Shown here piece by piece: positions 25,915-36,900 of a DNA stretch of 64,000 bases. The position numbers and the translations under genes were made by a program. The DNA comes from Gnetum montanum. Lineage: Eukaryota; Plantae; Gnetophyta. How positions within the stretch are numbered: position 1 is the first letter of the stretch; each line of letters opens with the position of its first letter. The stretch lies in the NCBI GenBank assembly GCA_015680685.1, contig MNCI01002098.1, forward strand, positions 217,284 through 281,283, read 5' to 3'. The notes below the pieces were generated by a model. That model was not told the DNA's origin, ran no database searches, and saw nothing but the letters and a program-made list of their open reading frames with translations.

Positions 25915-26987
25915 TTGGCCCCTCTTTGTCGACGTTTGGAGGATGGGTTCAAGAGATGTTGACAAAGAATAAGAAACACCACAGAAGACACGATGCTAAT
26001 GTTGCTGTTTGGTGATCGTCAAGACGTTGGTTGGTTGCGCTTGAGAGTGAAAGGGAGAAGCAGGGAGGAAGGAGGTTTAGAAAAAGGGTAAAGATGAGGT
26101 TTAGCAAGGTCCCTCATTGGAGTGCTCATGAGGGAGTCGTTCATGTTTTCATCTTTACTTTCGCTGGCCTTCGACCTCTTGTAGGACAAGTGTTTCTTTT
26201 CTAGGATGAGTTGTGTTACATCCGTGTGGAGTTTTGACCTGCCTATAGATGCTTCCCATGCGGCAAGCTGTGTTATGCACATCATGGAATTTGCACTCTG
26301 AAGTAGCCAAGCTAGTCAAGGCACTCACTTTGCGATGCCGTAGCATTTGCTACTGTGGCAAGTCATGGTTTCGGCCGCCCCCTGTAAGCACGATGGAGAG
26401 TAAAATTTCCATGATGAGAAGTGAGCACAAATGTCTTGCTTGCTATAGAATTTTTTGAAGCTCTTCGACATCTGTACTAGTGCATGATGTCGAATGTGTG
26501 AAGGCCAGCAGTGGCCATGGCAGCACAGGCATGGTGGAGCTAGTGTCGAAGGTGCCAGGGGCTACCATGAGTGCAAATGCTCTAGAATCCCTACCAAAGG
26601 CATGCACTCTTAGTTTAGCTATGGGATCAACTACCACATAGCTAAACATTGTGCTAATCAAGGAATTGGCAGGGGGCTGGAGGATAACAATATCATAGCT
26701 AGGTCACAATACTACTGGAACTCTAGCGGCGGGCATTGGCCAAAGAACTACCATCAAGGAGGAGGGCCATGGTGATAGTAGGTCCGAAGGGCCAGTGAAT
26801 GTCATACAACATCTCTAGAAGATTAGCATGATGCCAAGGATGGTGGCATCACGTATGTTCTAGACCGTGTTCCCATTGCATTGTGAACTGTGTTATGGAG
26901 TTGTAATGGCCCACCCCCATGTCGGCACTATGCAAGCTTGTTCGATGTGTACTTGGTGCAGGTGCGTGCTAGGGACGTGACGTGAAC

Positions 26988-27225
26988 CCAGTTTAAGGTC
27001 TTGGAAGACTGTGTGCTAGTTTAGGGTCCCAGTGGACTACTGTGATGGTTTACGGTCCCAGCAGACTGTACATGTTAGTTTAATGTCATAGCAGATGTGT
27101 CGTGCCAGTTTATAGTCATAGTGGACTAGCTGTGCTAGTTTTATGTCCAAGTAGATGGTTGCCACCAGTTTAACATCGTAGCAGACGCTGCTTCTTGCCA
27201 CTAGTTTAATGTCATAGCGAAAGAT
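26988..27225. repeat. ~30-bp motif array downstream of the B integrase stop
   Basis: About 8 units YAGTTTA-NN-GTC-N6-GAC/GAT with variable spacers. Confidence 0.85.
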
Positions 27226-27243
27226 GCTTGTTGACTTCATGCT

Positions 27244-28295
27244 TTAGATGTAGTACGGCTTGAGGTACGAGTGATTCACCAGGTTGGAGAACTCATTGCC
27301 ATCCATGTCCACCAGCTTGAAGGCTCCATTCTTGAAGGCTTTAGTGACCATGTATGGGCCTTCCCAGTTGGCTAAGAATTTGCTTACATGCTCACAGACA
27401 GCCTTGAGGATGAGGTCTCCATTCTGTATTGGCCATTGATGCAGGTCTTCATGGTGCTTTTGCTATTGCTTGCTCTGGTAGTGCTCTATGAGGCTTAGCA
27501 TCTACATGCACTCCTCCTCTATTGAGTCAAGGTCAATGATCCGCAACTCATTGTTCTAAGCTTTGCTCACGAAATCCGAGAGGATTTTCCAAAGTGATGG
27601 TACTTGCAAATCAAGAGGAAACATAGCTTCAGATCCATAAACAAGGTTGTAAGGAGTCTTACTTGTTGTGGTTCTGCATGTCGTTCTGTAGGATCATAGG
27701 ACTAGAGGATTTTATCGTGCCACTACCCCTTGTTGTTGTCAAGCATCCACTTCAGCAAGGTGATGATGGACTTATTTGTAGCCTCTGCCTATCCATTCAC
27801 CTACAGGTAGTACGGGGAGGAGAATGATTGTCTGATGCCTATATTTTTGCAGAAGGTTTGGGTTTCCATACTACTAAATTGTGGCCCATTGTTGATTACA
27901 ATAATCATCGGAAGCCCAAACCTTGTCACAATGTTGTCCAGGATGAAGTGGCAAATTTTCTAAGATGTTATTTTCCTTAGGGGAATAACTTCCAGCCACT
28001 TAGTAAAATACTTAGTGGTGATGACAATGAAGCTATGCCCTACGAAGGATTGATGCATGATAGGTCCTATGAGGCCTAGTCCCCATCGTCGGAAAGGCCA
28101 TGTGATTTGCATTGGATGCAAGTCTATAGGTGAGAAGTGTATGAGATTTGCATATCTCTGGCATGTGTCATACATCTTGACTTTCGACAAGAAGTCACAC
28201 TCCATGTGGGGCCAATAGTACCCTAGGTGTCTGATTTTCGCAGCAATAGCTGTGGGTGCTATGTCTGAGAAGAGGTGGCTATCATAATAGAATTC
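27244..28295 (-). pseudogene. Integrase remnant of element B
   Basis: KIRHLGYYWPHMECD, WPFRRWGLGLIG, YFTKWLE, ends LKPYYI-TAA. Confidence 0.88.
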
Positions 28296-28329
28296 ATATT
28301 GCCTAGGGCAAGCCTGGGCATCTTGAGGT

Positions 28330-31300
28330 TTTTGACGGATAGGGCAATCATGAGCAGGCAGGGAGAAGGATCGAGTCAATGCCCAACAGGGTTAAGATGT
28401 TTGGCCTAGATCTGGGATATGCTTGAATATAGCTACTACCATTCTTAAAAAACATTGTTTGTTTCACATTATATGGCAACATGCTTCCAAAATCCACCAG
28501 GAATTGTTTACTGTGCTGACGGGTGAGTTTTGCAGCCTTGTTCCATTGTGTTGAAGCGACGCTGGCCATATTGGCCAAATGCTAACAATATGTTTTTGTT
28601 ACTAGGTTCTACATCAACAAGGATGGGGTTCACCACTGATCGGGCCTACTGACTACAGCTTGTATAGCCCTATAGGAGCTCTCTTCTACTAAGAACCTGT
28701 GGACGAGTGTGATTCGTCAATGCAGGGGTGAATACCATACCTACCCATACTTATTCCCCATTCCCTACCATTAGTGCAAGGGGTTTGGTTGGCTGGATGA
28801 GGGGTGGGCATAACCCTTCAAACCAATCACCATTGATCAAGTTCTAGTTAGTCTTCCGTAGTTCCCGTTGTTGTACAGATTTGGTAGGACAAACAGTAAG
28901 TGTTGCATGCTCAAGTGTCTTTGCAATCTTTGGATTTTCTACATTTTTATGCTAAACATTTCTTGTCAAAACTATTATAGGGGTGAAGAAGCCTTAGGAG
29001 GTGATGGTTGTAACCATTAAGACATAGGAGGCGAACATCTAGTTCAAGTACGGAGAAGTAGATATGAGCCAACGCTGGATAAACGGTGCAACTTTAGACT
29101 CCTTAGTCCAGAATATTCAAAAGGTTGGGCTTATGGATCTATTCCTGGCCCTAAATCCAAGTGTTCCTACCACCGAGATGCTCTCCTTGATTAACTCCTT
29201 TTCCAACAAGGTGGGCTTCTTCCGCACGCACATACAGGGAGTGCAAGTGATCATTGAAATCAATGACTAGTTGTTCGTGGACCTCTTTGATGTTCCTGCT
29301 GAAGGCATCCTCAAAGGGTTGAAGGGCAAGAAGGAGCTAACCCTTTAGAAGAAGGACATTTAGGTGTGGTTGGGGATTGCTAAGGAGTGGAAAGGGCTCC
29401 CCATGAAGAAGCTTAAAGAAGGACCCGCCAAGGGGATTTATCCTATCTTCCATGCTCGTGCATTTCCCGAACTACTTTCCCAAGGGAAGGTCCTGGGGAT
29501 TGAGCAGGTTTGGATAATGCATGAGGTCATGGAAGAGGGGGCCCATTAGAACTGGGCTAGGTTTCTATGTAAAGGCTTGCAGGTCAAAATTTTGGAACTC
29601 CATAAGAAATCGGAGTCCCGTTCCAATATACATTATGCCTTTTACATAGCCTATCTAAAGCATTTTGTGGAGTTTCTGGTGGTTCACGAGAATGGAGCCT
29701 GGGTCATGTGAAATTGCAACCAAATTTTTGGACCATAGATTTGCTAGATCCTCCAAACCACCAATGCCTAAGATCCCCCAGAAATAATTGGGGAGTCATT
29801 CTCTATGATGACTAAGGATCAGGTGGCCCGCAACTTTCGTGGACAAGATAGTGTAGGAGAGACCCCCCTACTGTAGCCACTTGTGTGTCATGGGGGGAAT
29901 GTATCATAGCCGAGACTATGGCCAAAACGTTGCAGTGGAAGAGGCCTCCTCCAACTAAGGAAACCCTTCGCATGGAGGAAGAGGAGGGGCAGAGACTACG
30001 GCTTAAGCTGTAGAGGATGCAACCCCACATTGGTAAATGCTTTTGTTTAATGTCTACTTTGTTATTGTCTACTACGTTGTGCCATGCTAGGTGGTGTAGC
30101 GTAGCATAGCACCTACTTTAAGCTAACTTGTTTTGGACTAATGCAAACATTATTCTTGATTGGTAGAGGAAGAAGAAGAAGAAGGCGATGAAGAGGTGTT
30201 GGCCCCTAAGATGGGGGCAATGAATGACGACACGGAGGCCCTAGTCTCAGAAGAAAGGGCCCCGGTCAAGAAGAAAGAAGATCTTGCTACTAAGGTAGGG
30301 GCTCTTGTTATCAGGCAGAATCCTCTTACTAATGAGGAGGCCATTTTTGGAAAGGAAGAAGAGTCTCTTTTAAATAAAAAAGATGCTGGTCTCTAAAAAG
30401 GAAAGGCACCAGCACATGAAGAAGAGGCCCATATAGACTTGGCAGGGACTTTCGCCAAGGCTACTGCCATCGTCTTACATTAGCAAGAAGGGAGATTGCA
30501 ATCGAATGTTGGTAAGTTTGGCAATGTTTCTGCCTTGTCATAGCCCATTTTGGCCATTACTAATATGTTTAGTTATGTGACGGGTGCTACTGTTAATGTT
30601 GCAGGACCCCCTCTAACTCATGTTGTATCATGGGCCAGGACCCCTGATAAATTTACTGTTATGCAGGGAATCGTCGATGACATGATCACCCACCTTCAAC
30701 AGGTGGAACCTGACATAGGTAAGTAGTAGTGTTAGGCACTCTCATGTTGCTATGCTAGAGTTTCTTGAGCTTGCTAATCTTGCTATGCTAACGTGATTGC
30801 TATGCTTTTTGTGTCATGGCAGCCTCTCGGCTTAAGTGGGACTTGACATGGCCTTTGAAAGTTGGTGTTGTGCCTACATTCCCACTTGAAGTGATCGAGG
30901 TGTCTCGTCGTGCATACGACGAGGCTTCCAAATGCGCTTTGCACTTAGAACGCTCCATGTGGGAGTGTAAGCACGTCAATGAGGACCTGTGGAAATGAGT
31001 CCAAAAAGCTAAGAAAAGGGAGGCTGACCTGAGCTTTGAGGTGGAGGATCTCAAGTCAAGGAACGAGTTCCTCATAGCCCGTGATACTAATAATGAGGAC
31101 TGGTGCACGACTGTAATAGACTATGCCAAATTTTGGATAGTCACACGTCAGAACATCGAAGCCACCCGCAAAATAATAGAACAGTGGATGAAAATGGACT
31201 TATTAGCCCAGAAGTGTCATGATTTGAAAGACTTTAGCACCAAGGTTTATAAATGGGGGCAGTCCCAGAAGAACCACAAACACATGTATAAACTGGAAAA

Positions 31301-31866
31301 TTCCACCCATTGTAAGTTGTACATAGACGTTGCCGTGGAGGTGTTTACGTATAAAGCATTCATAAATGCCATTGACACTTCTGAGGCCTATGCCAAGTAT
31401 AGGGAGTAGGTAAAGGTTACGGAATCTCCTAATTGGAAAGTGGACCTTTCCATAGTAGAGGCCGTAACTATCTCCTTTTCTCCTAGACCACCAAGGTGGA
31501 CAACTGTCGAAGAGGAGAGAGCTGCTATGGATACTAAACCAAGAAATAGGCATTGGGTGGACATCACGGCAAAGGAGGTCTGGCACTACCTCGAGCTTGG
31601 TTTAGACCGGATACCCTTCGAGACGGACGCAAGCCATTCTCAAGTTAGTTTCTTTCTACTATATTAATTCTTATGCTCTATTGTATCTTGCGTGCATTGA
31701 TTTAGCTAACCCGTTCATTCCTACGATGCAGGCTCTAGATGAGGGCACAGGGCTCGTAGAAGGAAGGAATGAAGAATTGGTAGAGGATAACATAGGGGAA
31801 GGCGATGCAAAAAGGAATGATGTAGAAATGAATGGTGAAGAGGAGGTGAATAGGGACAACCCATGA
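28330..31866 (+). pseudogene. Antisense multi-exon accessory gene, copy 2 (5'-truncated)
   Basis: NPPGIVY, VGLMDLF, WLGIAK, RLKWD, KVYKWGQSQKNHKHMYK match copy 1; introns 28523-28605, 30719-30822, 31644-31731 at the same protein positions and phases. Confidence 0.82.
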
Positions 31867-32041
31867 CAACATAGGATTTTTTTTTAGGTTTTGAATTTTT
31901 GTAACAAATTTTGCAAACATTGTTTGAAAGACAATATTTTTAAATAAAGCAAAGAGGATTTTGTGAAACAAAAATTGATTCTATGCTAACTTGTGCATTG
32001 TATACGTGCTGAGTTGTGGTGTAAAATTTTCATGCTTTCAT

Positions 32042-32250
32042 GTGCTAGTTTTAGGCCATTTCAAGCCATTGCTAGTTTTAGGCCATTTCAGGCTCTTGCT
32101 AGTTTTAGGCCGTTTTAGGCCATAGCTAGTTTTAGGCCATTTTGAGCCTTCGCATAGCATAGTTTTAGACCATTTTGGGCCATAGCATAGCATAGTTTTA
32201 GGCCATTTTGGGCCACTACATAGCATAGTTTTAGGCTATTTCAGGCCACT
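32042..32250. repeat. 24-30 bp array GCTAGTTTTAGGCCATTTYRGGCC of element B
   Basis: About 8 consecutive units. Confidence 0.9.
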
Positions 32251-32755
32251 GCATAGGCATGCCAAAAGGATTTTAACAAAGAAAAAGGCAATGAATGTAC
32301 AAGGGATGGCAACTAGGTATGAAGTAGTGGGGCTGCTGTGCTATGCGTAGCTACTTCTTGACCCATCATGGGTTGAGTGGAACGTAAGGCCGAGGTGTTT
32401 TGCCAAGGCCCTTATTCACATCATTGTCCCCCACTTGGAAGGGAAACTTAGCCCACACGCTTTCATTTTGATAACCAGCTTGCTGAGATGATTCCCCCAT
32501 TGGATGATTGATGTGTGCATAAGTAGGTGCTTCATTCTTAGAGGTTACAACCTCTGAGCCCTACTCCATGTCTATGTTATTAATTTCAAGCATTCCTGTT
32601 CTAGTGTGTAACAGAGACAACTCAGTCTAATGCGCCGTGCTCGACTGAAAGAATTCCTGTTAATATAAGTATGCATGTGTTTCCATGTGCCTATAAAGCC
32701 TTTTGTGTCCATTTATTATCGTTCATCCCATACTTCCACTGAGCGACTTTGAGAG

Positions 32756-32767
32756 TGGTATCAGAGC
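32756..32767 (+). promoter_or_regulatory. tRNA-iMet minus-strand primer binding site of the caulimovirid
   Basis: Exact TGGTATCAGAGC; TATAAA at 32692-32697 upstream. Confidence 0.88.
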
Positions 32768-33085
32768 TCGTGTTCCATTCCTGCATGTCCCGCACATCGC
32801 CGTGGTTTTTCGTTTTCTGCTACTAACCTGACCTTCTCTTTTCCCGGGGGGGGGGGGAGTGTTATATCTGTTATTTTGTGGTTTTTTTGCAGCAGTATTG
32901 ACTGACATCGTCCGGTGTTGATGGGCCGATATTCTTGAAGAGGAGTGATACGTGTGAATCGACAGATCGCCGATTTGTAAGTCGCGCATCGTTTTTGCCG
33001 TGGTTGAGGCATTTTAGAGTAAGTCACACCGCGAGGTAGTCCAGACACACGATTTCAAGAATCCCAAGTAGCACAATCATCAGCA

Positions 33086-34150
33086 ATGGTAGATCCCTCA
33101 CAGATGACAGGTAACTCTTACTTTCGTCGTGTGAATGAATATTGTTCTACGTCTTCTAACGGTACGAGTCCACTGCCTATTCCTAAACGTACTAAAATAT
33201 ATGATAGATCTTGTTTAAATGTTATATAATCTTGGAAAGAAATGTATATTTCTAAATGTGATCTAGAAATATCAGGAACTGGTTTATGCCCTATAGCTTT
33301 ATCATTCTTTACTGAACCTGAAGTAGCTACATGGATCAAACGAGGTTTCCATTATATACATCTTGCCGAATTAGCTGTAGTCCTACATCCTCATTTCACA
33401 TATAGATTAAAAGCACCATATTGGATAGCAGTTATAGATCATAGATTTAAAACGTTTGAAGAAGCCATCGTAACACAGGCCAAAGGAACTTTAGCTGAAG
33501 ATGGCGTGATCATCACCATACCCAACCTCACGTTGTCTTTACATGATCCCCATATTTATAAATCATTAATGGTTATTGTCTATATGCCTGTGGATATGTT
33601 ACCTAAGTCTATATATGCTACTATTGCAACTAGATTAGTATTTAAAGTCTTTAGTCATACAGCCATAAAGACTCTCTCATCTTTCAATACACAAAAAACT
33701 CAAGTACGTTCTTCTAATATAGAATATGGATTAGAAATAAATATAGAAGACCTACCGATTCATACTCAATATTCGGATTTTTCAAATGCTATTGATACAT
33801 ATTTTAGACTTGACAAAGGCTGGAATAAAAATACTAAATGTAGGTATAAGGTAAATCTACTGTCACCTACGTTTTCTGAAATAGATCCGCTGAATGCAGC
33901 TCACACAAAAACAAAACCAAAACCAAAACTATTTCAAAAACCAATCATGATTAGAGAACCTAGAGAAGAACAAGTAGTTAGACCAGATCTAGATAACTTA
34001 CAAAACACGATCCAACAGCTTCAACTACAACTTTCTCACTTAATGAGAAAAACAGAACTTCTAGAGTTAGAAATGGAACGTGTTAAACAAAAATCCAGAT
34101 CAAAAGAAAAGGTAGTAGAATTAGATCCTGAAAGTTCAGACGCTCCCTAA
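33086..34150 (+). pseudogene. Caulimovirid movement protein (30K superfamily); one premature TAA near 33227
   Basis: PIPKRTKIYD, GFHYIHL, IAVIDHRFKTFEEAI, IPNLTLSLHDPHI, RLVFKV follow the Caulimoviridae MP pattern; C-terminal coiled coil. Confidence 0.85.
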
Positions 34151-36900
34151 ATCCTCCACTTCATCTCGCCTATTTCAACCATCAACAGGTGATCCTTCAT
34201 GTAGTCACAAGATTCTGAAAGAAATAGACAATCAATATCATTGTGCAGAATGTGACGCGTTATTAAAAACCTGTCGAATCGAGATGAATAAAGGTATTTC
34301 CAGAGATACATTTAGGGAAAATTTTGATCATCTGACACCTCTAGAAACTAGAAGATTTGATCCAGTTCAAAATAGGCTAGAAGGTATAAAAGAAGAAGAG
34401 TATGTCTATACTCTACATACTAAAAAAGAAAAATCCATCCCTTCTGACATAATATGTCTTTTAAACTGGACAAATACAACTTTACAGGATTTAGCTTATA
34501 GTAATAAGACAAAAATGTCTGTATTAGAAAGTATGTATCAGTTAAACGTAAATACTGATTTAAATACAGGATTATTATATAGGAAATTAGAACGTATGTC
34601 AGGATCTGGTCCAGCAACTCCTAAAGCATCTACTCCTCCACTATCCTCTTCTGCCTCAGATGTCTCCCTTTATTTTCCCTCTTCTCCTCCAACTTTAGCC
34701 CATAGGGATATAGAAGCTTTCAAACAACACCAACGTGCCCAAAGCATAAGAAAAGGAAAATCTCATATTCACATGAATGAAGAAGGTAGACAGAGTGAAC
34801 AACATTCGGAATCCAAAATCGATGATAGGGATGCAGAAGAAGCTCTTCTGTTAGAACGTACAGGTGAACAAGTCCAAGAAGCAACAGAAGCTTTATTGAT
34901 GCAGTCAAGCAAAGCAAGTGATGTCCAACCAAATTTTAATATGGACAATAAGGATCTAATACAATGACAAGATGTTCTAGATGCCATACAGTCCTATCTA
35001 ACCATCCAAATAGATTTTGCGAAGAAATCTACCCTACAAGCCATAGTTAATGCTATGTACAATTTCCAAGGTAATTTACGTAGATGGTGGAGTCATATTC
35101 CAACAGCCATTAAAACTAGGTTGATTACCCAGCCAACGGTTATTTTTCTTAATGCAATTATTAAGGAATTCATTGGCTACAAAGAAAACCTCCAAGAAGT
35201 TTACCGAGATCGTTTCTTTAAAGCACATTTACATAAAATCCAACAATTGTCTAGTTTTTTAGATGCCATGGAAACATGGTACTATTATGGTAAACTGACA
35301 CATGAAAATGCAGCCAAAGAACATTTGATAGGGTGTCTTCCTCAACCTTTCTGCAACACTTATATGGCTGAACTGAAAAAGCAAAATCTCTGTATTGCTG
35401 ATATGAGCTTTGGACAGATTAGGTAGTTCTTAGAACAAACCAATAGAGATCTATGTTATACACAAGAAACACAACAATTAGTTAAAAAACTAAATAATAG
35501 GTTAGGGAAAAGCTTATGTCTAGAATTATGTCCAGAAGAAAAGTATAAAAATAAAGAAAAACAAAAATCCCAAAAAATCTGTAAATCATGTAGAGGATCT
35601 TCTTCAAGATCCAAACCACGCAAACAATGGCAGAAAAAGTATCCTTTGCCACCACCGCATAAACATGTACGCAAGTATCTAGGTTTCTTTCGTAGAAGGC
35701 CATGAAGGATGTCACCAAAGAATATTAAGTGTTTTATTTGTGGTGGACCACATCTAGCAATAGATTGCCCCAATAAGGATAGGGACAAGAAAAAAGTCTA
35801 TTTCATACAAAAACAGAATATAAAAGAGACACATTTTGAATGGGTATCTGATCCAGAAGAAACTAATATCCCTTTCAATCCTCAAAGCGATATGTGTCTC
35901 TCATCTCCATCGGTAGCTTCCAAAAGTGAAAATGAATATTGGTTAGAATATGATCAATAACATAACTTTTATGAAGATGAACCGACATATCCCTCTGATT
36001 CATCTGACAGAGATATTTATTATTGCAATATGAATCATGCTTCTACATCAAAATCTTCACTAATCTCTAGTGAAACCAAATGGATACAAGATCAAATAGC
36101 TATGACACGTGTACACTTAGATAAGCTTAAGACTAGATTAAAGCGTACACCTATAGAAGATTTAACTATTTATGTTCAGTTAGATAAACAGATAAATGAG
36201 AAAAAGGCTGAACTCAAAGCCCTGAAAAAATGTGAGAAAGAATTAAATCCATCTTATGACAGCCAACCCTTAGAAACCAACACAGAACAACAAGAAGAAT
36301 TAGAAGAATGGCTACAACAAGAAGAGGAACAACTTAAGCCGAGACAAAGTCATCAACAACAAGTTACTTGCAATCGAAGAATTAGGATAAAAAAGTTGAA
36401 ACTCTTTACTGAGAAAGCGGAGAAAGAATTGGAAAAATTGCAAGAAGATGAAGAAGCAGAAATCCAAAGAGAATATGAAGAAGAAATTGCCCAAGTACAT
36501 ATGATCCGGGTAAATCAAAATCAGCAACACAAGGTATGTACTCCATTATGTACTTTTTGGATTAAACTTAAAGGTTTTAAACCATATCTAGTTGATGCCC
36601 TAATAGACTCAGGCGCTGAGGTAACATTGGCTAATGAAGCCATCATTCCATCATACTTATGGGAAAAGTGAGAGAAGTTAATCATAAACTTCAATAAAGC
36701 AGCACCAACAATAAACCGTAAGTATACATTACCTATTCTGTTACCTAATAATTCTTCTTTACCCTTACAATATCTTGGTACCAGGCAAGTCCCCATGGAT
36801 TCTGCCAATCTGCTTGCCTGCATAAACTGGATGTAATAAAATATGATGGATTGTGATCTTAAAAGGTGAAATGAGCCATGGTTTCTAGACATGAAAAATA
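34140..36900 (+). pseudogene. Caulimovirid coat protein - aspartic protease polyprotein (one frame, several premature stops)
   Basis: ORFs 34284, 35055, 35709 and 36030 share one frame; FQGNLRRWW, basic region, CFICGGPHLAIDC zinc knuckle, ALIDSGAEVT protease. Confidence 0.85.

Noticed and set aside
26988-27225. CRISPR-like look (short repeat with variable spacers)
   Set aside because: Repeats are degenerate, spacers are under 15 nt, no cas genes, eukaryotic TE context; reported as a motif array instead
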